Assembly: GCA_964411395.1 (NCBI GenBank)
Contig: CAYPKX010000007.1
Coordinates: 1-45,205 of the forward strand
Reading direction: 5' to 3'
DNA: 45,205 nt
Origin: an uncultured Eubacteriales bacterium
GTDB lineage: Bacteria > Acidobacteriota > Aminicenantia > Aminicenantales > UBA4085
Made by a program: the position numbers and the translations under genes. This document shows, one piece after another, positions 1 to 10,778 of this stretch. The stretch's first letter is position 1. Each line of letters begins with the position of its first letter. The notes beneath the pieces are model-generated. The model was not told the origin of the DNA. It worked only from the letters and a program-made list of their open reading frames with translations, and searched no databases.

Positions 1-729
1 GTCGATGACCGATCCACGCTCGTCTGGAGCTACAACGAGCTCCGCTTCATTTTAAAAGATCCGGCCCCCAAGCCGGTGAAGCTCCGCCTGATCCAGGAAA
101 ACGCGACGGTCGAAAAAACGATCGATCGATTCCTCGCCTATCCGGTCCCGGTTTTCTGGACCGCCGAAAAGGGAACCGCCGGCGTCGTCCGCCTCGCTCA
201 TCTTTTCGGAGGAGCGGCGTCTGCGGTCAAATCCTCCCTGCCTCCGGGACTGGCCGGACGAAAGGAACCGCTGATCCTCGACCTCCGCGGTTGCCGCGAG
301 GGCGAGACCGGAGAAGCCGGCGCCTTGATCAACCTGTTCATAAAAAATCCCCGGGCCGGGACTTTCGACAGAAAAGGCGGCGTGAAAACCGTGTTATCCT
401 GTCCGGCCGAACCCCTTCTGGCCGATATCCCGTTGATCGTCTGGACCGATCCGGCCACGATGGGGCCCGCGGAAATCGTCGCCGCCGTCCTCCGCGACCT
501 CAAGCGAGCCAAGATCGTCGGCACGGCCACTGCCGGACTTGCGGCCGAACAAAAGCTCTTTCCCCTCAAAACGGGAGACGGCCTGCTTCTGACCGTCGGC
601 GAATTCGTCCTTGTCTCGGGGGAGAAAATTTTCGAGAAGGGCGTTACGCCGGACGTCAAGATCGAACCCGACAAAACCACCCGGCGGGATTATCTGGAAA
701 AATCGAAAGGGTTCTTTCCCGGCCCGTAA
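1..729 (+). CDS. S41 / C-terminal-processing-peptidase (Ctp/Prc-like) family protein. The 5' end lies outside the window. The catalytic-dyad positions are substituted.
   Basis: Frame 1 is open from nt 1 to the TAA at 727-729; the ORF track starts only at the first Met (nt 76). Blocks LILDLRGCREGETGEAGALINLFI and IVWTDPATMGPAEIVAAVLRDLKRAKIVGTATAG...FPL...GVTPDV match the S41 pattern (iDLRxNxGG ... GSASASEIxAgALqD..rAxlvGxxTFGKG ... GIxPD). Confidence 0.7.
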   Translation, partial: VDDRSTLVWSYNELRFILKDPAPKPVKLRLIQENATVEKTIDRFLAYPVPVFWTAEKGTAGVVRLAHLFGGAASAVKSSLPPGLAGRKEPLILDLRGCREGETGEAGALINLFIKNPRAGTFDRKGGVKTVLSCPAEPLLADIPLIVWTDPATMGPAEIVAAVLRDLKRAKIVGTATAGLAAEQKLFPLKTGDGLLLTVGEFVLVSGEKIFEKGVTPDVKIEPDKTTRRDYLEKSKGFFPGP

Positions 730-746
730 ATCATGCGGGTGCAATC

Positions 747-1619
747 TTGAAACGGCGGGCCAAAGGGCTCGTCTGGCTCTTTCCCCTCTTTGCCTCTGTT
801 CTTGTTTATTTCTTCGTCCGGATCTTCGACGCTCGTCCGCCGGCCGGCAAAGAAGAAGCGTCTCGACCGGCCGCTTCAACATCCGTCCCGGCCGGCCCGC
901 CGGAGAAAAAAGCCCCCAACCGGGCGGATAAACGGACCGGAGGAAAAGCGGCCGAACCTCTCGCCGCCATTATTATCGACGATATCGGATATAGCCTGGA
1001 GGCGGTTGAAACGGCCTATGCCCTCGGCCGGCCGCTGACCCTCTCGATCCTTCCCGACGCCTCCCTGACCGAAGAGGCCGCGCAGCTGGCCTCCTCTTGC
1101 GGCCTGGAAATCATGCTCCATCTCCCGTTTGAATCGGGGGAAGAGCGGAACGGGACGAAAATATTCAAAGAGACGATCGCCGAAGGGATGAGTCCGGCCG
1201 AAATCCGGGCGGCGGTTGTCCGGGCCCTGGCCAGAATTCCCGCCGCGCGCGGCGTCAATAATCATACCGGCTCATCGGCAACCGGGGAAGCGCGTCTGAT
1301 GCGGCCGGTCTTCGACGTCCTCAAGGACCGCGGGCTCTATTTCATCGACAGTCGGACGACCGCCGAAACCGTAGCCGGCGAAGAAGCCGTCCGGGCGGGG
1401 GTTCGAACGGCCTCCCGCGATGTCTTCCTTGACGCCGACCCCGGCGAAGCTTCGATCAAAACCCGGCTCGAGGAGCTTTTCCGTCTGGCCAGGAAGAACG
1501 GCCGAGCCGTGGGAATCTGCCACCCCAAGCGCGAATCCCTGGCCGCTTTGGCCCGCTTTATCGGTCTGGCCGAGACCTTCGACGTCCGGCTTGTCCCCGC
1601 CTCGGCGATCGTTCAGTAA
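747..1619 (+). CDS. Divergent polysaccharide deacetylase family protein (YibQ-like), with an N-terminal membrane anchor
   Basis: The C-terminal 230 aa (LAAIIIDDIGYS...LSILP...MLHLPFE...GVNNHTGS...YFIDSRT...) match the YibQ/DUF610 pattern. The ORF-track start at 291 overlaps the upstream gene. The first plausible start after that gene's stop is TTG at 747, directly before the TM helix GLVWLFPLFASVLVYFF. The start is uncertain. Confidence 0.75.
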   Translation: MKRRAKGLVWLFPLFASVLVYFFVRIFDARPPAGKEEASRPAASTSVPAGPPEKKAPNRADKRTGGKAAEPLAAIIIDDIGYSLEAVETAYALGRPLTLSILPDASLTEEAAQLASSCGLEIMLHLPFESGEERNGTKIFKETIAEGMSPAEIRAAVVRALARIPAARGVNNHTGSSATGEARLMRPVFDVLKDRGLYFIDSRTTAETVAGEEAVRAGVRTASRDVFLDADPGEASIKTRLEELFRLARKNGRAVGICHPKRESLAALARFIGLAETFDVRLVPASAIVQ

Positions 1620-1730
1620 ACGGCAGACGACCCGGCCGGCCGAATCCAAATCCATTCCTCCGGGAAAGTCCCTCGCTGTCATCCAACCGGGACGATCCCT
1701 ATGTCTGACTCTCGGACAAAGAAAGGCGAA

Positions 1731-3494
1731 TCAATCCCGGCGGACCTCAAAGAGAACGGTCTCGGCCGCGAGTTCTTTCACCGACTTCCCAGCCGCGCCG
1801 CGGGGGATGATCCAGCAGTGAGCTTTCTTCCCTTCGAAGGCGTCCATGGCCTGGGTGATGACCCGGCGCAGAGGGATCGGTTCCCGGACGAGCAGGTTGA
1901 CGACAATCGTCAGCCAGTTGATGGAATAATGGCTGATATTGGAACCGCCCTTGAGAAATTGGGTCACCGACGGGCCTGCTGTTTTTTTCTTGGCATGCCC
2001 GAAATCAGGGACATCGGCTTTCCCGATTGTCTTGAGGCCGGACAATTTCGCCGACTCCCGGGCCCAGGCGGCCACCGCCTCGCAGGACGCGATCCGGTCG
2101 AATTCGCAGTCGTAGATATCCATGACAAGCTCAAAGGCCGGGGCAAAACCGGTTTCGACCGGGAGCTTGAAAGAGGGCGTGAAAATCTCCGCCGCTTCCG
2201 CCAGGCGGGGGCGGTAGATGTCCCCTGCCGGGGCTCCGGACCGGCCGGCCTCGTAGATCAATGTATCCTTGCGGACCTTTTTCACATCGGAGAAAACGCC
2301 CCGGGGCAGGTTCCAAGCCGCGGCCTTCTCCACGCCGAAATAATCCAGGGTGAAGGCGGCCGCCTCGTCCCGGGGAAGCTTGGCGCAGGTAAAGCAGTTG
2401 GCCGCGGCGATCGAGCCGAAACGGCGATAGTTGATGGCGCTGGTTTCGATGTATTGGACGAGGGTTTCGCCGTCGCCCAAACCCGGGTCGGAGACCATCG
2501 GCTTGCCGAAGGCGATCATGCCGATCGCCTTGCACAGCTCTCGGCTCCATTTGCCGACCCGGCCGAGGGCGGGTTTTTGGCCGGCGGGGAGGGCAAAGTC
2601 CAAAATGAGCTCCTCGCCGTATTTGTCGACCTCGAGGCGCCGCTGAAACTCCGGGTAGGGAACCGCCGAGATGTCGGGCGAATACCAGCTGGTTTTGATC
2701 CCGGCGGCCTTGAAGTTGCGCTTGGCATTCCGTTCGGCCGCTTGGAAGACGCGCCGGCCGCGGGAACCGGCCGTCAGACTGAACGGCCCCCCCATATAGC
2801 TGAGGTTGGTGAACTGGACCACCCGGACGTCGTCGAAAATGCGCTCCATCTGCCGCCAGCTTCCCGGAGCTTCGAAAGGCTGCAGAAGCAGGGCGCCCGT
2901 CTGGTGAATGGTGATCCCGCCCTCGCGGAGGGCGGCGTAAACGCTTTCATAAAAACTGGTGTCGAACAGGCTTTTGGCCGGCCCGATGGGATCGGTCGAA
3001 TCGATGATGATGATGTCGCATTTGCCCTTCATCCGGCGGATGACCTCGGCCCCGTCGCCGATGATCAAGTGAAAACGGGGATCGGTCCAGATGCCGCCGG
3101 ATATTTCGGGCATATGCTCCCGGCAATCATCGACGACGACCCGGTCGATTTCGGCCATGATCACGTTCTTGACTCCCGGGTGGCGGAGCACTTCCCGGGC
3201 GACGCCGCCGTCGCCGCCGCCGATGATCAGGACGGTTTCGGGCGTTTTGTCCTGGGCAAACAGCGGCCAAAGGCCGATCCACTCATGGTAGATGCCCTCG
3301 TCCTCCTCGGTCAGCTGGACGATGCCGTCCAGGACGAGAACCCGGCCGAACCGCTCGGTGTCCAGGATCATCAACTTTTGGAATCCGGTCGGTTTCTCGG
3401 GCACAACAACCCGTTTGACCTTGAAGCCGTATGTCACATCAGAATAGAGGTCTTCGTAAAACCAGAGGTCCTTGCCGTGTTTCACTAAAGCCAT
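1731..3494 (-). CDS. speE: Spermidine synthase (aminopropyltransferase) domain fused to two tandem C-terminal AdoMetDC (SpeH)-like modules
   Basis: The N-terminal ~285 aa carry VLIIGGGDGGVAREVLRH and IIIDSTDPIGPA, the aminopropyltransferase dcSAM and catalytic motifs. Two C-terminal ~110-aa modules resemble class-1 AdoMetDC (…YIETSAINYRRFGSIAAANCFTC… and …DIYDCEFD…FLKGGSNISHYSINW…). I chose the ATG at 3494 (MALVKHG…) because AGGAAG lies 7 nt upstream; the ORF-track ATG at 3530 has no RBS. Confidence 0.85.
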   Translation of the reverse strand: MALVKHGKDLWFYEDLYSDVTYGFKVKRVVVPEKPTGFQKLMILDTERFGRVLVLDGIVQLTEEDEGIYHEWIGLWPLFAQDKTPETVLIIGGGDGGVAREVLRHPGVKNVIMAEIDRVVVDDCREHMPEISGGIWTDPRFHLIIGDGAEVIRRMKGKCDIIIIDSTDPIGPAKSLFDTSFYESVYAALREGGITIHQTGALLLQPFEAPGSWRQMERIFDDVRVVQFTNLSYMGGPFSLTAGSRGRRVFQAAERNAKRNFKAAGIKTSWYSPDISAVPYPEFQRRLEVDKYGEELILDFALPAGQKPALGRVGKWSRELCKAIGMIAFGKPMVSDPGLGDGETLVQYIETSAINYRRFGSIAAANCFTCAKLPRDEAAAFTLDYFGVEKAAAWNLPRGVFSDVKKVRKDTLIYEAGRSGAPAGDIYRPRLAEAAEIFTPSFKLPVETGFAPAFELVMDIYDCEFDRIASCEAVAAWARESAKLSGLKTIGKADVPDFGHAKKKTAGPSVTQFLKGGSNISHYSINWLTIVVNLLVREPIPLRRVITQAMDAFEGKKAHCWIIPRGAAGKSVKELAAETVLFEVRRD

Positions 3495-3528
3495 GGCCGT
3501 CTTCCTTTCGGTGGATTGGGAGGGCCTC

Positions 3529-3556
3529 ATTATAGCGCAATACCACAGGGGCGCAA
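3529..3556 (-). promoter_or_regulatory. Candidate sigma70-type promoter for the speE-fusion gene (TTGCGC-16-TATAAT)
   Basis: The minus strand reads TTGCGC (3551-3556), a 16-nt spacer, then a perfect TATAAT (3529-3534), about 35 nt upstream of the ATG at 3494. Confidence 0.35.
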
Positions 3557-3621
3557 TGGCTCAACGACCGTTGCGGGCGGCGGCCCCCCCGGTCGAGCGG
3601 ACGGCCGGGTTCGGACCGTCC

Positions 3622-3650
3622 TTGCTTTCCCCTCATCCCGGGGTTATCAT
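3622..3650 (+). promoter_or_regulatory. Candidate promoter for the lipoprotein gene (TTGCTT-17-TATCAT)
   Basis: TTGCTT at 3622-3627, a 17-nt spacer, TATCAT at 3645-3650. AGGAGG lies 7 nt before the ATG at 3678. Confidence 0.35.
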
Positions 3651-3677
3651 CATAATGGATTCGACAGGAGGAATAAG

Positions 3678-4259
3678 ATGAAACGCACACGATTCGCTTC
3701 CGGCGCCGCCGTGGCGGCGGCGGCGGTTTTTATTCTTCTCGGCCAGGCCGGCTGCAAGTCCATGGACGACCAGCAGGTCAAAGCTTCCATCGAGGTCACC
3801 GACGTCAGCACCAGCTGGGCGATGAAGGAATACCGGCAATGGCCGAATCCTAAATTGACCCTGGTCCCGACGGTGACGTTCAAAATTCGCAATCTGACCG
3901 GGGAAACCCTCAAGTACATCAATTTCAACGCGATATTCCGGGAGGAAGACGCCGTCGAGAATCTCGGCGACCATTTCAAAGCCGTCATCCGGGACGAGGG
4001 GATTCCGCCGAACGGCGAAAGCCCGTTCATCACCCTGAAATCCAATTTCGGCGTGGCCGGGACGAATCTCGAGTCCTTCAAAACCAACCCGCTGTGGCGG
4101 ACCTACGAAGTTCGGCTCTTCGCCCAGATGGGCGGCTCGCGCCATGTGGCCATGGGCGTGTGGAAAGTCTCCAGACAAATCGATTTCAAGGAAGATACGG
4201 CCGCGCCCGGAGACAAGACGGCGGCCGAACCGGGCAAGCTCGAGCCGGAAAAGAAATAA
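3678..4259 (+). CDS. Hypothetical lipoprotein
   Basis: AGGAGGAATAAG precedes the ATG at 3678. The N-terminus [26 protein letters not shown] has a signal peptide plus lipobox (L-G-Q-A-G-C). I recognised no family motif. The ORF-track extension 3516-3677 looks non-coding. Confidence 0.7.
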   Translation: MKRTRFASGAAVAAAAVFILLGQAGCKSMDDQQVKASIEVTDVSTSWAMKEYRQWPNPKLTLVPTVTFKIRNLTGETLKYINFNAIFREEDAVENLGDHFKAVIRDEGIPPNGESPFITLKSNFGVAGTNLESFKTNPLWRTYEVRLFAQMGGSRHVAMGVWKVSRQIDFKEDTAAPGDKTAAEPGKLEPEKK

Positions 4260-4281
4260 TCCCGGTCCCGCCGCCGCGGCG

Positions 4282-5361
4282 ATGAAGAAAATCCGGGTCG
4301 CCCTGGTCGGGGTCGGAAACTGCGCCTCTTCGCTCGTTCAGGGCGTATCCTTTTACCGGGACCTCAAGCCGGGCGAGGATGTTCCCGGCGTTATGCATCC
4401 CGTCCTCGGCGGATACCGGATCGCCGACCTCGTCTTTTCCGCCGCCTTCGATGTCCACAGGGAGAAAGTCGGCCGCGACCTGGCCGAGGCGGTCTTCCTC
4501 TTTCCCAATAACACGGCCCGGTTCGCCAAGGTTTCCCGGACCGGCTGCCTCGTCCAGCGCGGCCCGACTCTGGACGGGCTGGGAGTATCGCTCGGCCGGC
4601 TGATCGCCGAGTCCGCGAAACCGGCGGTCGATGTTGCCGGGGTCCTGAAGAAAACCCGAACCGATGTCGTCGTGAATTTCCTCCCGGTGGGAAGCGAGAC
4701 GGCGACCCGCTGGTACGCCGGGCAGGCGCTAAAAGCGGGCTGTGCATTCGTCAATTGCATTCCCGTCTTCATCGCCCGGGACAGGGCCTGGCGGAAGCGC
4801 TTTGAAGCGGCCGGACTTCCCCTTCTCGGCGACGACATCAAGTCCCAGGTCGGGGCGACGATTCTCCACCGAACCCTGGTCAACCTGTTCCTCGACCGGG
4901 GCCTGCCGGTCGACCGGACATATCAGCTCAATACCGGCGGCAATACCGATTTCCTCAATATGTGCGACCGGGAGCGCGTCGTCTCGAAGAAAATCTCGAA
5001 GACGGCGGCCGTCGTCTCCCAGCTTCAAGCCCGGGGCCGGACGCCCGATCCGGCGGATGTGTACATCGGGCCGAGCGATTTCGTCCCCTGGCAGAAGGAC
5101 AACAAGGTCTGCTTTCTCCGGATCGAAAGCCGGGAGTTCGGCGGCGTTCCGATGTCGCTCGAATGCCGCCTCTCCGTCGAGGATTCGCCCAATTCAGCCG
5201 GGGTCGTCGTCGATGCGATCCGGTGCGCCAGGCTGGGGCTGGACCGAAAGCGGAGAGGGGCTCTGGCCGGACCGTCGGCTTATTTCATGAAGAGCCCGCC
5301 CCGCCAGACCACCGACACTCAAGCCCGGCGGCTGACCGAAAAGTTCATCAAGGGGCGGTAG
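4282..5361 (+). CDS. ino1: Inositol-3-phosphate synthase (myo-inositol-1-phosphate synthase, short prokaryotic type)
   Basis: [21 protein letters not shown] (Rossmann N-terminus typical of prokaryotic MIPS), LNTGGNTDF and SKKISK motifs; ~359 aa. Start is the in-frame ATG at 4282; the ORF-track N-terminal extension is Arg/Pro-rich junk. Confidence 0.8.
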   Translation: MKKIRVALVGVGNCASSLVQGVSFYRDLKPGEDVPGVMHPVLGGYRIADLVFSAAFDVHREKVGRDLAEAVFLFPNNTARFAKVSRTGCLVQRGPTLDGLGVSLGRLIAESAKPAVDVAGVLKKTRTDVVVNFLPVGSETATRWYAGQALKAGCAFVNCIPVFIARDRAWRKRFEAAGLPLLGDDIKSQVGATILHRTLVNLFLDRGLPVDRTYQLNTGGNTDFLNMCDRERVVSKKISKTAAVVSQLQARGRTPDPADVYIGPSDFVPWQKDNKVCFLRIESREFGGVPMSLECRLSVEDSPNSAGVVVDAIRCARLGLDRKRRGALAGPSAYFMKSPPRQTTDTQARRLTEKFIKGR

Positions 5362-6346
5362 GGCCGGCCGCTTTATCCTCGAACGGCTTGGGTTTGAGGA
5401 TCTTGATGTAATTTTTGGTTTTGAGTTCAGCCAGGAATTTCGCCAACTCGGCGTTCTGCTTTTCCAGGCCGATCTTTTCCGTAATCTGCCCCCGGGCTTC
5501 CTCGAATTCGAGCACCCGGCTGTCCTTCTTGTCTTCGAGGAGAAGGAGATACCAGCCGTTTTTCGTCTGAACCCATCCGGAATGATCGCCCTTCTTCAAG
5601 GGTTCGACCACCGCCAGCAGCGTCTTGTCGAGCTCGGCTTTCTTGAAGGTCCCGAGGTTGCCTTTGGCTTCCTTCATCGGCTCGTCGGATTCGGTTTCGG
5701 CCACCGTCTCGAAGGCCGTCCCCTCCTTGAGCTTGGCATCGATCCCGGCTTTTTTCGCTTCCAGGGCGGCCGGATCCTTTCCCTCGACGGTCAGGTAGAC
5801 GGCCTTCAGGGTGTACTCCTCGGGGACGACGAATTCATTCTTGTGCTTCTTGTGATAATCCACGATTTCGGCATCCTCGATCACGATTTTCCGCCCGATC
5901 TCGCTGCGGAGAACATAATCCCGCATGAGCCGCTCCTCCGTCATCTTGATCCAGACATCATAGGCAAAGCCTTGCTGGGCCAGGGCCCGCTTGAAATCCT
6001 CCTCGGACTCGATGTCGTTTTCCTTCATGATGTTGGCGACGATGGTCTTCATCTGGTCGGCGACGTTGAGATTCATCGTCCGGGCGATCTGGAGGAGGAG
6101 CATATCGGTGACCATTTCGTCGAGAATGTTGGCCTGGATGAACTCGACCGCCTTGTCCAGTTCCTCGCCGCGGAACTGGCTCTGGGCCGTCCGGAGGCGG
6201 CCTTCATATTCGGCTTTGAACATGGTCATGGTGATGACTTCATCGTTGACGACGGCGACAATTTCCTCGATCACCTGCTGGGCCGGGGCGAGAAGAGCCA
6301 GGCCGAGAAGGAGAAGGCCGGCGGAAAAAGCTTTGAAATGGCGCAT
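5348..6346 (-). CDS. Periplasmic SurA-like chaperone / parvulin-type peptidyl-prolyl isomerase
   Basis: Signal peptide [25 protein letters not shown] SurA_N-like start ([14 protein letters not shown]), followed by a parvulin-like region (…[45 protein letters not shown]). The 3' end overlaps the convergent ino1 gene by 14 nt. Confidence 0.75.
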   Translation of the reverse strand: MRHFKAFSAGLLLLGLALLAPAQQVIEEIVAVVNDEVITMTMFKAEYEGRLRTAQSQFRGEELDKAVEFIQANILDEMVTDMLLLQIARTMNLNVADQMKTIVANIMKENDIESEEDFKRALAQQGFAYDVWIKMTEERLMRDYVLRSEIGRKIVIEDAEIVDYHKKHKNEFVVPEEYTLKAVYLTVEGKDPAALEAKKAGIDAKLKEGTAFETVAETESDEPMKEAKGNLGTFKKAELDKTLLAVVEPLKKGDHSGWVQTKNGWYLLLLEDKKDSRVLEFEEARGQITEKIGLEKQNAELAKFLAELKTKNYIKILKPKPFEDKAAGPTAP

Positions 6347-6356
6347 GAGAATTTCC

Positions 6357-7340
6357 TTATTCGGGACTTTCGTAAATGAACGGCAGGTTCCGGGCCGAGA
6401 CTTCCCACTTCATCGCCGTTTTCAGGGAAGCCGTATGGGCGTCGATCGCCGCCTGGTTTTTCTGTTCGAGAAGCTTGGCCCGGATGAGAGTCGCGGCCTC
6501 ATCGACCGGGATGAGCCGGGACTCCAGCTTTTTATCGAGCCGGAAGATATGGTAGCCGTAGGCCGATTGAACGACGCGGCTGATCCTGCCTTCATCCAGG
6601 GCGAAAATGACTTTTTCCAAGTCGAGAGGAAGCTGGCCGAGGCTGAACACGCCCATCAAGCCGTCCTTTTCCGCCTCGGGCCCCTCGGATTCGGTTCGGG
6701 CCGCCTCCCGGAATTCCCGCTCGCCGGCGTTCCGGAGCCGGTCCAGGACCTGTCCGGCCTTGCCTTCGGCCGAAAGCAGGATCTGGCTGACCTGAAAACG
6801 CTCCGGCTGGAGAAATTCGTCTGTATGGGCCTCGTAATAGTCCGCGATCTCCTCTTCACCGACACCGATATCGCGCACTTGATCGGTCAGATATTTCTCG
6901 ACGAGAACGCTCTCGAGGAAATCCTCGGGACTGACCGACGCGGCCGGTCCCTCCGGTTCGGTTCCGTCCCGGTTGGCTCGAAAAACCTCGATGGATCTGG
7001 ATTTTTCCTCATCGGACAAGGAAAAACCGCGTTCAGCGGCCGCTCCGACAATCAACTTCCGCTCGATAAAATCCTCGAAAAGTCGTCCCGCGGCTTCGGC
7101 GGTCAGGCCTTCGCCCGAGTCTCCCAGGGTCATTCGGGCAAACCGGGCAAAGTCGGCGTTGGTGTAGGAAAAATCTCCGACCGTCAGCACCGTCAGAGGC
7201 GCCCGCCCCGGGTCATCGAGACGGAATCCCTCGGCCAGGGGCGGGGAAACCTTGTTTGTTCCGCACGCTCCGGCTCCCAGGCAGACAACCGCCGCCGTCG
7301 CCAGGACAGCCGCGGAAAAGGGACTCCATCGTATCATCAT
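6357..7340 (-). CDS. Parvulin-type PPIase lipoprotein (PrsA/SurA/PpiD-like)
   Basis: Lipobox in MMIRWSPFSAAVLATAAVVCLGAGAC. Parvulin domain FQVSQILL…GLMGVFSLGQLPLDLEKVIFALDEGRISRVVQSAYGYHIFRLDKK. Confidence 0.75.
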   Translation of the reverse strand: MMIRWSPFSAAVLATAAVVCLGAGACGTNKVSPPLAEGFRLDDPGRAPLTVLTVGDFSYTNADFARFARMTLGDSGEGLTAEAAGRLFEDFIERKLIVGAAAERGFSLSDEEKSRSIEVFRANRDGTEPEGPAASVSPEDFLESVLVEKYLTDQVRDIGVGEEEIADYYEAHTDEFLQPERFQVSQILLSAEGKAGQVLDRLRNAGEREFREAARTESEGPEAEKDGLMGVFSLGQLPLDLEKVIFALDEGRISRVVQSAYGYHIFRLDKKLESRLIPVDEAATLIRAKLLEQKNQAAIDAHTASLKTAMKWEVSARNLPFIYESPE

Positions 7341-7360
7341 CGGCCTTGTAAACGGGTATT

Positions 7361-10708
<3,348 letters not shown>

Positions 10709-10720
10709 GGTCGAACGGGT

Positions 10721-10726
10721 ATTATA
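10721..10726 (-). promoter_or_regulatory. Perfect TATAAT hexamer 12 nt upstream of the mfd ATG; possible very short-leader transcript
   Basis: The minus strand reads cccTATAATacccgttcgaccATG. No Shine-Dalgarno sequence is visible between the hexamer and the ATG, and I found no convincing -35. Confidence 0.25.
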
Positions 10727-10778
10727 GGGCGTTGCCGCGGAAAAGGCGAAATCAGGATCCGGGTAAGAACGCTTTGGG

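Noticed and set aside
291-746. N-terminal extensions of ORF-track entries: 291-746, 3495-3530, 3516-3677, 4144-4281, 13461-14036, 17068-17637, 17880-17990, 29292-29369, 29349-29399 and 41622-41678.
   Set aside because: The extensions overlap the neighbouring gene or are Arg/Pro-rich junk. Internal starts with Shine-Dalgarno sequences and sensible N-termini (signal peptides, conserved family starts) exist, and I used those instead.
1701-3488. 595-aa plus-strand ORF covering the whole speE-fusion locus. Similar long antisense ORFs lie opposite real genes at 5991-7550, 8108-10804, 11529-13250, 14163-15152, 15613-17172, 19308-20024, 21491-23881, 28047-28922, 32554-33894, 34945-36369, 38070-39350, 40412-41599, 42797-43534 and 44075-44836.
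   Set aside because: Their translations are low-complexity Arg/Gly/Pro/Asp-rich strings with no family motifs. The opposite strand encodes proteins with unmistakable conserved motifs (Mfd, AtpA/D, GTs and others). Stop-free antisense frames are an expected by-product of high GC3 codon bias.
5348-5361. 14-nt overlap of the convergent ino1 and surA-like 3' ends, considered as a possible antisense-regulation feature.
   Set aside because: Short convergent overlaps are common in compact high-GC genomes. Nothing else, such as a hairpin or conserved motif, is visible. It is mentioned only under the ino1 finding.
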